From Octopus bimaculoides (lineage: Eukaryota), in assembly GCF_001194135.2 (NCBI RefSeq), contig NC_068989.1, forward strand, positions 49,982,279-50,046,278: a DNA stretch of 64,000 bases. The letters are read 5' to 3'. Under the pieces are notes generated by a model that saw only the letters and a list, made by a program, of their open reading frames with translations, searched no databases and had not been told where the DNA came from. Positions 27,508 to 41,112 of the stretch are shown in pieces. Every line of letters starts with the position of its first letter. The first letter of the stretch is position 1. Position numbers and translations under genes: made by a program.

Positions 27508-27669
27508 GGGCGTGGCTGTGTGGTAAGACGTTTGCTTTCCAGCTGCATGGTTCGGGATTCAATCTCACTGCGTGGCACCTTGGGCAAGTGTCGTCTACTA
27601 TAGCCTCGGGCCGACCAAAGCCTTGTGAGTGGATATGGTAGACGGAAACTGAAAAAAGCCTGTTGTGTG

Positions 27670-27763
<94 letters not shown>

Positions 27764-27997
27764 CGTGTCTGTGTGTGTCTGTGTGTGTGTCTTGTGTCAG
27801 TATTTGTTCCCCCATCGCCGCTTGACAATCGGAGTTGGTGTGCTTACGTTCACGTAACTCGGCGGTTCAGCGAAAAGATAGAACAAATGCCAGGCATTAA
27901 AATGACATAACTACTTGGGTTGATTTATTCGACAAAAAGCCTTTCAAGGCGGTGCTCCAGCATGACCGCAGTCAAAATGACTGAAACAAGTAAAAGA
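27508..27997 (+). mobile_element. Near full-length tRNA-derived CORE-type SINE with an expanded internal (TA)n(TG)n
   Basis: A-box GTGGCTGTGTGG, CORE-like CACCTTGGGCAAGTGTC, GCCTTGTGAGTGGA..GACGGAAACTG, central microsatellite, and 3' end AAGGCGGTGCTCCAGCATGACCGCAG..GAAACAAGTAAAAG. Confidence 0.9.
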
Positions 27998-28529
27998 ATA
28001 AAAAAAATAAGAGAATGACTAATGACGTTAACTTCTTAGTACTGCAGGGTAAGGCCGATATATTGTAAAATCCTCCATGATTGCTGTTTAATACTTCGCG
28101 TATCGGACCCTTCTGGACTCTTCGAATAATTCGTTAGGCAAAAGATGAAGTCCCAGTTAACATAAGTACTTGCATATATACTTTCGAATCTTCCAGCTTC
28201 TAATCTATACCAATAACAACTGATGGATTTGATATTGTGAGTAAATGGCTAAGTGACAACTTGGATAAGCTAGGTTCTTCAGAAAAAGAAGTTAACCAAC
28301 TAACACACGCATTACAAATACAATTTGTAGGTGGAACAATAAAAAATATACAACACTTTTCTCATGTTTAGAATGTGACATTGTTTTAGTTATCTACATT
28401 CCAGTAATAGAGCTTTCAATCTTTTTTAGAAACCAGTTCATTCTGCTGAGGGAGAATTTTAATAATTAGAAACAGAATAAAATATAGAAAGATAAATAGA
28501 TAGATAGATAGACAGATAGAGGAGAGGGC

Positions 28530-28848
28530 ACTCTACGGTCATGAATGACCATGCGATTGTACCGAGAGAGTTCTCTGGAATGCACAAGTCCGGGCAAGGT
28601 TGTTTATAGAAGCCCAGCAGTCGCCAATACATACCGGTCTCTTCTCTCCACGCCACCGTGTCCAAGCGAAAAACAAAGGCCTATACAGCTTGGTACGAGT
28701 GACGTCGCAAATCATTTCTACAGCTGAATGGACTGGGACAATGTGAAATAAAGTGTCTTGCTCAAGAACACAACACGGAGTGCGGTCCGGGAATCGAAAT
28801 CACTATCTCATGAAGATGAGCCCGACGCTCTAACCAATGAGCCATGTG
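28530..28848 (-). mobile_element. CORE-type SINE with a distinct 3' tail
   Basis: Minus strand: TGGCTCATTGGTTAGAGCG..TTTCGATTCCC..GTTCTTGAGCAAGACACTTTATTTCAC, followed by a tail unrelated to that of the 4223 and 50724 SINEs. Confidence 0.8.
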
Positions 28849-28953
28849 CATACATTCATACGCATTTGCATTTATATAAAGGGAGTAATCTTTTATCATG
28901 TACCTTTTACTTTCTTCGGTCATGTGTCTGCGGCGATGCTGCAGCACCGCTTT

Positions 28954-29021
<68 letters not shown>

Positions 29022-29111
29022 NNNNNNNNNNCACACACACACACACACACACACACAAGACATATATATATACACACACATATATATATATACACACACA
29101 CACATACACAC

Positions 29112-29165
<54 letters not shown>

Positions 29166-30045
29166 CTGCACACACACATATATATATCAGAAGAGAATCT
29201 CTATATCCAACTTAACGTAGTAATGTTATGATATCAAAAAATATTTTAAAGGCATCTGTAACGTAGTAACCGTAAAAGCTACCAAGCATGCGTTAAGTTA
29301 TGCAAATCGATTAAACATGTTCTGTGGAGCATTGATTTACAATAGTGACTTTATTTTTCTATAGGGATTTAAAATGAGGACTAGGCTGCACAGAAGATCC
29401 TAACGTAAGAATTGAAACTTGTTCACTGTTTTTTTTCCTGTCGATGAATATATTGTATATGTATGCACGTATATGAGTGTATGTGTGTGTATATGTGCGT
29501 ACGTGTGTATATGTATATGTGCAAGTGAGTGTGCTCTCCAAAAGCAAATTTAAGTTTTGTTTTTAGTGATTTATTAATCTGGATTTTTTTGTGTGTTTTT
29601 ATGCGTCACTAAATTGCACCGCATCGGCAATGATCATTTGGGATCTACTTCTTACACACACGCAAAAACAAACAGACTGAGTGATATACTCCCACATGTA
29701 TAAACACATAAACGCGCGCGTGCAAGCGGCGTATACTCTCACACGCACAAAATTTTGAACCGAATCTAATGATATGGTAACAGGGAAATTATATTTTAAT
29801 TTTCAGAGGGATAATTGTCAGGCTGAAAGCATTTGGAGAACCCATCGTATAGGGAGAAAGTGAGAGGAGAGAGTGTGTGAGGTAGATAGAAAGATACATA
29901 AGTAGATAAATTAATAAATAGACAGATAAAATTGTGGGGGCGGAAGAATGGTTTTATTGGATGAAAGAGAGGAGAGAAACTGTTGATTTAACCAGCTAAA
30001 TTATTGTATACACGTAATATACCCATGAATGCTGGCACTTACTAT

Positions 30046-30118
<73 letters not shown>

Positions 30119-30149
30119 NNNNNNNNNNNNNNNNNNNNNNNNNNNNTAA

Positions 30150-30180
<31 letters not shown>

Positions 30181-30266
30181 GATAGAGAGAGAGAGAGAGA
30201 CATGCACATCTATTCATATTTATATACATATACATATTATATACATATACATGTGCATGAATCTAC

Positions 30267-30320
<54 letters not shown>

Positions 30321-30323
30321 GTG

Positions 30324-30357
<34 letters not shown>

Positions 30358-30953
30358 TACTCACACACATACATACATACAAACACTGTATTTGCATTTG
30401 TATATCCTATTGCCATCAATTTTCTTCCCCCACCCCCACCACAACCCAACCTCACTCATCTTCCAATCTCTAGCTAAAGAGTGCACCATATTTGGCAACA
30501 CAACATCCTTCGAAGGAGGAGAATATTTAGTTTATGATTGATATAAGCTATCAATTTGTTTTATGTAATGGAATAATTTTGATTGATTGTTTCTCCTTTC
30601 AATTTCACATCTATTTCCCCATCAAGTTTTACCACCTCTCTATTCATTCCTTATATTTCCTGATCTTTCAGAAGACATTCAACTTTCCAATTCTAATTTT
30701 TTGTTTGCCTTTTTACTCTCATAACATTTTACGATATTGCTTTGTTGAATTACATGTATATGTATATATACACACAAACCCACCCACACACACATGTATA
30801 TATGTATGTATGTATGAATGAATGTATGTATGTGCGTGTATGTGTGTGTGCTGTGTGTGTATGTCTACATATACATACATGCACACATATGCATTGTATA
30901 TATATATATATATATATATTGGTTTTTTGTTGAGTTCTCTGTTTCACATGGTA

Positions 30954-31009
<56 letters not shown>

Positions 31010-31093
31010 GGTCTGTTGTCTATGTATTCGTCTATCAATCTACCCCCTGTCTCTCTCTAGCTCTCTCTTGTCTGAGATGATGCTATTTACTTG

Positions 31094-31137
<44 letters not shown>

Positions 31138-31689
31138 GTTTCGCTTATTTGGTGAATGCCAATTTTCAATTTATATAATGAATTCCGCTCTATGCGTATC
31201 TATGGGGCTAACACACTTATTCAAACAAGCAAACACATACACACATACAGACATACTTACATACATATATGCACACACGCATATATATATAAATGTAGGT
31301 GTACATACTCCTGCCAGTACTTCACTTCGTATATAGAATTATACATACCTACTGCCCCTATATATATCGACATATGCATACATATGAATATATATATATA
31401 TGAATATANNNNNNNNNNNNNNNNNNNNNNNNNNNNNNNNNNNNNNNNNNNNNNNNNNNNNNNNNNNNNNNNNNNNNNNNNNNNNNNNNNNNNNNNNNNN
31501 NNNNNNNNNNNNNNNNNNNNNNNNNNNNNNNNNNNNNNNNNNNNNNNNNNNNNNNNNNNNNNNNNNNNNNNNATATCAGTGCGTGAGACGTCTAAGAGAC
31601 CACAAGTCAGGCAAAAGATGCCCTCGTATATCTGTCAGTAGAGTGGATATATCATCCGAATTGTATAGTACTAAATATGCATCACGGCT

Positions 31690-31785
31690 GATCTTATCAA
31701 TCAGTTTCACGTAAAGAATGCAATCGAATGTTAGGTAACAATCCAATTATATAACTTTACACTCATCAGAGTTAGTCGATATGAA
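31690..31785 (-). ncRNA. Degenerate hammerhead-ribozyme-like motif at the 3' end of the PLE
   Basis: CTGATGA (31769-31763) G-TGTAAAG ... CTTTACG-T GAAAC (31708-31704). Both core boxes flank a pairable stem II; stems I and III are imperfect. Confidence 0.55.
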
Positions 31786-32002
31786 AGGGAATATGGTGAC
31801 TGCTCTCTATTGTCGGAGGTGGATTAGCACAACCGGTCAGCCGGTGCTGTGAAAAAAGGTGGTGAAGCAGAAAAGGGTCCAGTTGACTAGGTTAGTAGTT
31901 ATGTACCTTGGCTGGGTATGCTGTGAAGCCGGCAAGAGTTATCTTGAAATGGGGAAAGTGTGTATTATTAATGTGGTGCTCCTGTAGGGTTGGAGTGTGT
32001 TA

Positions 32003-32100
32003 TATGGCGTGTGTGATATGGCGTGTGTGATATGGGGTGTGTGGTATGGGGTATATGATATGGGGTGTGTTATATAGGGTGTGTGATATGAGGTGTGTAG
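32003..32100 (+). repeat. 14-bp minisatellite (GATATGGGGTGTGT-like, about 6-7 degenerate units) inside the PLE 3'UTR
   Basis: TATGGCGTGTGTGA TATGGCGTGTGTGA TATGGGGTGTGTGG TATGGGGTATATGA... Confidence 0.8.
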
Positions 32101-33609
32101 AATGTGTAACGGTGTCATATGTATAATTTTTCCTGTGGTGTAGATATATATATAGCTGTGTTCGTTCGTCTGTTTTCTTTCCGTAATGGATAAAGTCGTA
32201 GGCAGGGGGAGGGATGTTAGCGTGCGGTGTGTAATGTGTGTTTGTGGGTGGGGGGTCTGTGTATATGTGGAGGTAATATTGTGTGAAGGGGTATGTGTTG
32301 GGTGTGGCGGGTGCGAGATTATGTTGCAAGGTATCCACTATATAGGGGTGTGCATGTGTGTACATCGGTGCATTGGAGTGTGCTTTGGTCAAACTCTTTT
32401 TGCCGGGTCCAAAGGCATCGTAGGAAGGTCATTTGCGGACGGTTGAGTCAGCGAACCTATGGTTGCAGTCATAGTAGGTCGCGCAGGTACGATAGAGTGT
32501 ACTTCCTTTCATGTGGGCAAGGATTAAACACCTCATTCCTGCTATTCAGGTAAACATGCGGGCGTTGGGTACCTTTTAAAATTGCTCGCTTGTCAGCCAG
32601 GCATAATCTGCACTTTCTGCTGCTATTGAAGTACGGTTTTCTTCTTTGTAGGAGCTTCCAAGTTGTTTTGTACTCCATGGCACTTTATTTCATAGCCCAT
32701 ATGTGCTTGGCTAGGCTTGTGGCGTTACAGCACTCTGGGATGTTGAAAAAAGACTTGTGGTTATTAAAGCGGGTTCTGAAGGGGCCTTCCGTTATCCTCA
32801 CATACTTCCGCACGCTCGGTTGACCATTAGGTACTATTGCTGTTATTTCTGCCCCGTAAACAACTGTTTCTGTATTGCAGTAGCCGTTTAGTGGACGGGT
32901 TGCGTAATCCCTGCATAAGCATCCTACTTCAGCCTTGGGTCTGGGCCTACTTACTAAAATCTTTTTTCCACTAGGTGCACAGCTAGAGGATAATCTCAGG
33001 GTATGTATATTAAATATTTTGTTGAATCTTTTGGTATTGGCAAATTGTCTATCAATTAAATTAAGGAAGACCTTATCTACTCTGGTTTTAATGTTTAAAG
33101 ATAATGGCGGTGTGAACCACAATACTTTCCGGTGGCGCTTTCCCTTCGGTGGAGCTAGAGTCTGGTAAAACACTGGCAAAAACACCCATTGCAATATCGA
33201 AGGAGACCGCTGGGTCAAAGCATTTGGTCAAAACAACCCCTTACTGAAGCGTAAGGTTCTTCTCGCGTGCATGATAATACGTATGTCCTCGTCCTTGACT
33301 TCAGTATGGGCCCTAGAGAAGTTCAGCGCCTTTAACAGAAGCTCCATCGATATAGGTTGGTCGAAGACCATTATATCAAATTAGGCAAACCTAGCTCTAC
33401 CCCTACCGCTGGTGGCCTTAAACCATGTAGTGGCTTCGTTGGTGTTGCGCCATAGGGCGATGTCAGAGGCGTTTCTAACGCCGTTACCGATCTTCCTGAT
33501 TAGCCGTTCGCTCACCTGTCTGACTTCAGACTTCGCCGGGTTTGCCAGCTTGCATTTAGGGTTAGACGCAGAGTTAGGCTAATGATCCTTGATCGTTTGG
33601 AAGGCCTTA

Positions 33610-34562
33610 CATATCGGCTTACTCTGATGAGCGTAAAGTTATATAATCGTATTGTTACCTATGCGCAACACCAACGAAATCATTACATGGTTTAAGGCCA
33701 ACAGCGGTAAGGGTAGAGCTAGGTTTACCCAATTTGATATAATGGGCTTCTACCAATCTCAAGGGAGCTCCTGTTAAAAACATTGAACTTCGCTAGGTCC
33801 CATACTGAAGTCAAGGACGAGGACATACGCATTATCATGCACGCCAGAAGAATCCTAATTTTCAGTAAGGGATCTGCTTGGACCAAACGCACTGAGCCAG
33901 AAGGCTCTTTTGATGTGGCAATGGGTGTTTTTGACAGTGCGGGCGTATGTGACCTAATAAGTTTCTTCATCCTAGATAAACTATAAAAGAAATTCCCTTC
34001 AACTAGTTTTGGTCTCTACAGAGACGACGCGCTGGCAATATCAAGAGGAGCTAACACCCACACGCTAGATAGGCTCAGAAAGGACCTCACAAGAACCATA
34101 AACTCCATTGGACTGAAGGTCACTATAGAGACCAACTTGAAAACGGCAGATTTCCTTGACGTGACCCTGGACCTGGAATCAGGTGCCTATAGGCCTTTTA
34201 GGAAGCCCTATGAGAAGCTGTCTTACATTAACACATGTTCTTGCCATCCAGCCATAGTGTTCAGGAACCTGGTTAACGGAATCAGTAAGAGAATCTCCAG
34301 CGTGTCTTCAAGCAAAGAGATCTTTGATGCTGCAGCCCTGTGCTACAACCGGAATCTGGCTGCCATAGGTTTCAAGATTAGTATTAGTTCCATCCCAGAT
34401 ACTAGTCCACCCCACAAGAGGAAGTGCCACCGAAAAGTACTGCGGTTTACACTGCCGTTCTCTTTACACGTTAAGACTAGAATGGTAAGACCTTCCTTAA
34501 TTTAGTTGATAGACACTTCTCCCATACCAATAGATTCAACAAAATATTTAATATACATACCC
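33610..34562 (+). mobile_element. Penelope-like element, plus copy: RT core pseudogene
   Basis: RNTNEIITWFK..RFTQFDI..SFDVAMGVFDSAGVCDL..GLYRDDALAI..TADFLDVTLDL..YINTCSCHP..RKVLRFTLPF, running into a gap at 34563. Confidence 0.9.
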
Positions 34563-36354
34563 NNNNNNNNNNNNNNNNNNNNNNNNNNNNNNNNNNNNNN
34601 NNNNNNNNNNNNNNNNNNNNNNNNNNNNNNNNNNNNNNNNNNNNNNNNNNNNNNNNNNNNNNNNNNNNNNNNNNNNNNNNNNNNNNNNNNNNNNNNNNNN
34701 NNNNNNNNNNNNNNNNNNNNNNNNNNNNNNNNNNNNNNNNNNNNNNNNNNNNNNNNNNNNNNNNNNNNNNNNNNNNNNNNNNNNNNNNNNNNNNNNNNNN
34801 NNNNNNNNNNNNNNNNNNNNNNNNNNNNNNNNNNNNNNNNNNNNNNNNNNNNNNNNNNNNNNNNNNNNNNNNNNNNNNNNNNNNNNNNNNNNNNNNNNNN
34901 NNNNNNNNNNNNNNNNNNNNNNNNNNNNNNTATATATATATACATATATATATATGTGTTCGTTCAATATTTACTTCCCTTTAAGTAACGAGTTGGCAGA
35001 ATCGTTAGCACTCCAGACAAATTTCTTTGCTTGTGCTAATATATGATACCATTCTTTAGTTTACTTTGAATATATTTTGCAAAAGAATTATTTTCTACAC
35101 AATTTTTTATCGAATTTCTTAAATTTCTTACATATCGACGCACACACTCACACATAAAATATTCAAGTGTGTACTTGTATATATGCATATTTATCTCTCT
35201 CTCTGTTTTCTGCTAGCAAATGGTTTACCAGAGAATTCCCGACATTTTATGCTTGCATTGCTATAATAATCGTTGTATTTTACTTTGAAGACTTCGTATT
35301 TGCTGTTCCTAGATTAAAACCTCGCAGCAGTTAATTTATTGTGTGAATACTAGAAACACGAACTTGTGTCCGGATCAAAAAAAAAAAAACATTATATAAA
35401 TGCATTTACATAGTTGTTCTTAATATATATGTCATGATTTTATTACATAATGTCCGTTACTTTCAGCATCTATTTCATTTAATTACGTTATTGCTGAAAT
35501 CATGAAATCATGAAAGTTTCCGGAGGTCTACGCTAAAATGCTTTACACATTATATTCTCGATATATTTGTGAGGAAGTTATTTCTATTCTATTTCTTTTT
35601 CGATTTCTCTATTTATCTCTCCCAAAACAGGAAAGTTATTGCATACATTGTTGCTTGTGTAGAGAGGAATTGTTCCTTCAAATGTACGTTCCCTGAAATA
35701 TGAAAATGCAAAAAAGCATTCAATGTGTCTATATGGATTAACTTATCATCGCAAGAAATGCACTCTTTGGTCTTTGACGGAAATCACGGGTGCGTGTTAT
35801 TTGATTTCAAACCCTTGTGCACGTTCTTAGCAACAACAATTTCCCCAACTGTACTTGAGAAATGAGGGACTGTTCGAAGTAGATTTTAACGCGGTCTTCG
35901 GAGTCTAATTTGACTGTTGCTGGAAAAAAATATATTTCAGGAGCTAATTAATAAATGTTTTAAGCCGGAAGATCTGCTCTATAAACTGTACTGTAACATG
36001 TCGTATGTTGGCTAATATTTCAGCACATGCTTATCGAAAGTAACAGCGATCAGAGAGCATCTCCAGCTGTGCGATTCAAGAAGTGATACTTCTGCTAAGA
36101 AAAGACCCAAGCAGGGAGAGATATTGTGAGTTCAGACCAACAATTGAACTAAAGTTCAATGCACTTGTGCTAGATATGACCTTACTTGCTCCATATTGTC
36201 TAACAAGGCTTTCTTGTAGGTAAATTTAACTCTGTGTGTGTGCGCGCGCGCGCGGATTCATAAGTGTATGAATGTTTGAGTCTGTGAGCGTCATTTTGTA
36301 TTTATAAGTTACGGGGAGTGCGAAAGGCCTTTCTGGAGACCCAGTCTCCTGACA

Positions 36355-36501
36355 TGTATGACAGGGATTAGAAAAAACTGAAGACTGCTGCAAAAATATG
36401 TGTAAATCTGAGATGGGAATATGGTGAATAAAATAATAATTCACTGATCCTCCTGTATTTTGCTTTACCCAAAGCCTGGAAATTTTCAGCACCTTCTCGT
36501 A
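36355..36501 (+). mobile_element. mariner-type transposon 3' terminus with TIR
   Basis: The last codons resemble a mariner C-terminus (G(L)EKL..C....G.Y.E*). It ends CCCAAAGCCTGGAAATTTTCAGCACCTTCTCG|TA, the reverse of a TA|CGAG..GGTGCTGAAAA mariner-like TIR. Confidence 0.7.
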
Positions 36502-36984
36502 GCACCATCTGAGAAGGAAAAAACCAAACAATGTTGTATCCCTGGAATTTGGATGAAGATAAGAGTTATGAAACATGTTGACTTTTAGTAAGTCTTGTAT
36601 ATTTTCACTGTTCTGCTTTGAAACTAATATTTTCCCGATGCTTCGCTTAAACTATATAAACATTACTAAATATAAAATTAATTAATTGTGTATATACGTC
36701 TATATGTATGTGTGCATGTAGGTTGGTATGTATGTTTTCATTTAAGATTTATTCCGTCCTTGGCAAAATTTAAACCGATCACTGACAAAACGGCAAGGTT
36801 TTTTTTCGTTGAGACAAGACATTTCTGGGTTTTGTTGATATGCATGTATGTAAATAGATGTGGCCGTATGTTTGTGTGTGCATGTGTATCTGTACGTGTT
36901 GTCATTTGTGAATATACATATTTATATTATTTTATTCATTTATATTATTTCTTTCAGTCAAAAGTTTTAATCAAACAAATTGAC

Positions 36985-37253
36985 TCAAGGACTTATTTTT
37001 TAAGTCTAGGACCTATTTTATCGGGCTCTTTAGCCGAACTCCTAACGTACCGGGTCGTAAACACTCCAGCACCGTTTCTAAAGCGGTTATGGGGGAGAAA
37101 CAGACACAAATACACACTACCAATTCTACTCAAAAAGCCTTGGTTAACTTGAGGCTATAATACAAGACACCTGTCCAATGTGCCACGCAGTGGGACTGAA
37201 CTCGGAGCTATAAGGTTGGGAAGCAACTTCTTGCCATGCAACCACTCCTGTGC
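36985..37253 (-). mobile_element. CORE-type SINE
   Basis: Minus strand GGCACAGGAGTGGTTGCATGGCAAG..GAGTTCAGTCCCACTGCGTGGCACATTGGACAGGTGTC. Other decayed copies lie at ~48215-48410(-), 49280-49420(-), 55910-56080(-) and 56948-57030(+). Confidence 0.8.
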
Positions 37254-37862
37254 CTATATATATTTATGCTGTCCTGTTATTAAAAACTATCTACTCATGC
37301 TCTTTTCGTTTATAATTTTTCCAGGCAGCCCTCACTTCGCTACCCTACATATCCTTCCATTCTAAACAACAAGTTGTGAACGGAGGAAACTGTAACAGTT
37401 ATATTTAGCAAGTCATATAGTGACACAGAGAGGTTCTTTGACAAAAACGTGTAGTTTATAGATAAACAATCAATATAACGTATCATCTGAAGCAATAGTT
37501 ATTTTAATTATGATATTGCACTCGTCTTTCTCCTACTACTACCACCAACACCAACACCCAACCACCACCAATACTAGGACCAGTATCCCCGTCATCACTA
37601 ATGCTATGACGCTAAATTACTTATGTATATTCATTACAACGTAACACTTTTTCATCTTTCTTTGCAGCAATTAGATTCTCTAATTATTGATGTATTTTAT
37701 CTATTTTATGTTTATCATTCGGTTTTCGATCCCATTTGTGAACCAGAGTTATTAATTTCTATTTATATATGTATCTATAATAAACACACACACGCGCACA
37801 CATACACACACGCATACACACACGTTGGTGTATATATACTTGTATATATTTATATATATATA

Positions 37863-37907
<45 letters not shown>

Positions 37908-37986
37908 ATATATGTATACACACATATATATTCATACATACATACATACACATACGCACGCACACACACACACACACACAGACACA

Positions 37987-38026
<40 letters not shown>

Positions 38027-38539
38027 CATACACACTCACACCATAGTATCGAACTATGAGAATGAGTTCGCAACACCGCACCGCATTTTGACAGAAAAAT
38101 ATTCTGCATTGATGCGTTAGTAAGGCAACGAATGGTTCCACGTGGACAAACTCTCTATAATTCTTTAAATGATCCACTTTAGAATGCTTCTGATCGTCTC
38201 CATTTAGGATGAGAATACATGAGTTTACGCGGGATTGGGCGGTACTGCAATTGAAACAAATCAAAGAAGGTGACTTACAAGAGTTTCTGAACTTCGGCGC
38301 CCTTACAGGTTTAAATGTCTTAAAATTTCACAAGGAGAAAAACTGAAAATGTGGACTAAAAAGTAATGGCGCCTCGGGCGACTACCCAAGTTGCCGGTAC
38401 GTTAACCCGGTCCTGGTTATACATATCTGTATAATTAAGAATTCCAGCGTGAATTCCTGGGGTTACTTATATGTAATGCATGTGCATATAATCGATATCC
38501 AAAAACGTACCACTGTTGGATAAGTGGCAACTGTTGATG

Positions 38540-38900
38540 TTATGATATTAAATCTCTCTGTAATATAGAATTTCCATTTGCTCCCAGAACCTTAGCTATG
38601 ATGCTGATCTTAGCTATGATGCTCCAGTTCATACGAGATAATCTGCGTTCCTCTCTTTAAGGGTCATACAATATTGGATAAACATGCTGCATGTCTATTG
38701 TTCTAACCTGGAAACGAAACTAAATGCTGCGTGTATCTTTCCTTGAAGGTATTTTCAGTTAGTCTGATGTAAGATCATAATGTTACGTTCATATCACTGA
38801 TGGGGGCCTTGCACAGCAGCTCTGTTTCCAGGCACATATTTTTCGGGAGACAGTTATCAGCGGATCTACATTTACAAGATATTTGAGGAATGTTCTTAAC
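38540..38900 (-). mobile_element. PLE GIY-YIG endonuclease fragment (same type as the 32470-32950 domain)
   Basis: CKCRSADNCLPKNMCLETELLCKA..SYIRLTENTFKERYTQH..CLSNIV*PLKE..WSII. Confidence 0.7.
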
Positions 38901-39003
38901 GTTATTCTAACAGTGATTGGAAATCAAAGTTAGGGAGGTAAATATAGCTAACACACACACACACACACACATGTATGTTAGTGTATGCATGTGTGCTTGT
39001 GTG

Positions 39004-39035
<32 letters not shown>

Positions 39036-39937
39036 TGTATGTGTGTGTGTTTCCAACACTGGAATTGGCGTGACCAGTATAAATTATAAATGCGGGGTAG
39101 CGTTACAATGATCTCGTGTAAAGGTGCTTAAGTATGTGTAGTTAGAAAATAACGAGAGAAAATAGTAGATTAGAGAACAAGTCTTTTGATAGACTAGAAA
39201 AGACTAGAAAAGAAATGTATCACAGCTAACGCGTTAAAAGTAAGAATAACCACTGACGATGTTCTCGAAGCTCATCCCAAATGTTGAGCGGTTTACTAAT
39301 ACAAAATATTTTACGGTATGAAATCTAGAAATATTTGAAGGCCATGGTGAGTAGAAGTGCGATGTGGTAAGAAAGCCTCCACATATGCTGCTTTTCAAAA
39401 TATATGTATAAACAGCCAGTAGCATCTAAGGAATCTCTTTGTTCGGAGATGGGCTACAGAGTCTACTACGATGGTTCTCTAGAAGGTTAAGCGATGTTAA
39501 AATTATTTGGGAACACACCTGCTTCGTAGAAAAAAAAAAAGAAAAAGAGAATCTCTGTATCTGGATGATTGTTTCAGCAAACCTAATTTCAAACCTTAAA
39601 TTTGAAAAGTATTACCAAATCTCATTTCTGTGGTCAGAATATATAAGCGCACCTTTGATAGCAAACGTAAAGAAAAACGAAGTTACAAATAAAGCAAAAT
39701 ACAAAGGTTGGTAGTGCAGTACCAAGTTTCTCCTGTTCAACATAACTGATCACATAAGCTACTATAATAACCAGTGTTTCCTTTTCTTAATTAACAAACG
39801 TTTATTTTCTCTTCTCAGACACCGTAACATTTTAATAAAAACACACATAGTACTCTTGTAACTAGATACATTACACGCGCGCGCACACACACACAGACAC
39901 ACATACACAGACATATATACAGACACACATACACACA

Positions 39938-39988
<51 letters not shown>

Positions 39989-41065
39989 TAATAGCGTGCT
40001 ATGCCGTTCGTACAATACATATATTAATTTGGCTTACTAACATGGTTTTTTAAAAATAATATGGTGCAAAATGTATCATTTCATTTTAATTTATTCCCCA
40101 CTGGAAAAGAATGAATGCAAAACGTTTCTGTTTTCAACGGTCGTTTATTTGATTTTTAGGATGTGTGTTTGACCATTTTATTTGTTGTTTGTCTGTATGA
40201 GTGTATGTTTAATTTGGTTGGTGTAATGCATATCAAAACTTGTGTCTGCGTGCTTTTGTCTCCGTTGTAATTACATATGGTTCGTTATGTTATTTGATTT
40301 GTAAGACATATATTTTCAGTGACATTTCGTATTATCTGTGATTTTTGTTGTGTTAGCTAAGAAATTTGATGTGTATTTATTAGCGTATATGGGCGTGTTC
40401 AAATATATGCGTCTGTAAGTATATTTCTGTTTCTCATGAAACATTATTATGGCGGTTAATTTGTGACTTAAAAATACAAATAATGAATAGAATTTGTATT
40501 CCTGAGTGGGATTTTGAAAACGAGCTATTTCAGAAATAATCAAATTCATTGAATTTTTGTATATATACGTTTATCTTGTAATATCAAGAAAATTCTTATG
40601 GAATGGAAGCCAGTGTATCGTTATTAATTGACAACAAAATACTTTTGCAATAGGGAAGAGAACAATTTGTCATAATATGATCACTTTATATGTTACTATT
40701 GTTCATCTGCTGTTACGTTATTTAAGAAGGTACTTGCACATGCGCATTATGTGATGACATTAATTCTGTGTGCATATTAAATGTTTTTGGTTTGGTGATT
40801 CATAATTTATATCTTACGCAGATCGGAAAGACTGAAGAAAATATTTCATTGTCTTAAATATGATGCATGTACATAATAATATAAATACATGTGGCCTACA
40901 AACAACGTGTACCATCACCAAAACACGACGCTTTGCTTGCTTTCATATCTTAAGAGATATTATATGAAGGTAGATTAATAAATCTTACAGAATATTTGTG
41001 AAAGTGTCGTACTAAGTTTAAACTAGAAATTTTATCATAAAGGGTGATTAACCAGCTACAGATCA

Positions 41066-41112
<47 letters not shown>

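Larger units (their letters stand above)
31690..33608 (-). mobile_element. Penelope-like element, minus copy: RT N-part, internal deletion, C-terminal GIY-YIG endonuclease, 3'UTR
   Basis: KAFQTIKDH*..NPKCKLANPAKSEV..LWRNTNEATTWFK..SFDIAM, then a deletion, then KRHRKVLWFTPP..CLCRDY..PLNGYC..VVYGAEI..KYVRITEGPFRTRFNNHK..CRLCL..LNSRNEV..CPHERK. ORF-track pieces are 32685-33218 and 32469-32678. Confidence 0.9.

Noticed and set aside
28204-28373. Open frame DGFDIVSKWLSDNLDKLGSSEKEVNQLTHALQ
   Set aside because: In-frame stop just upstream, no compatible acceptor and no recognisable family.
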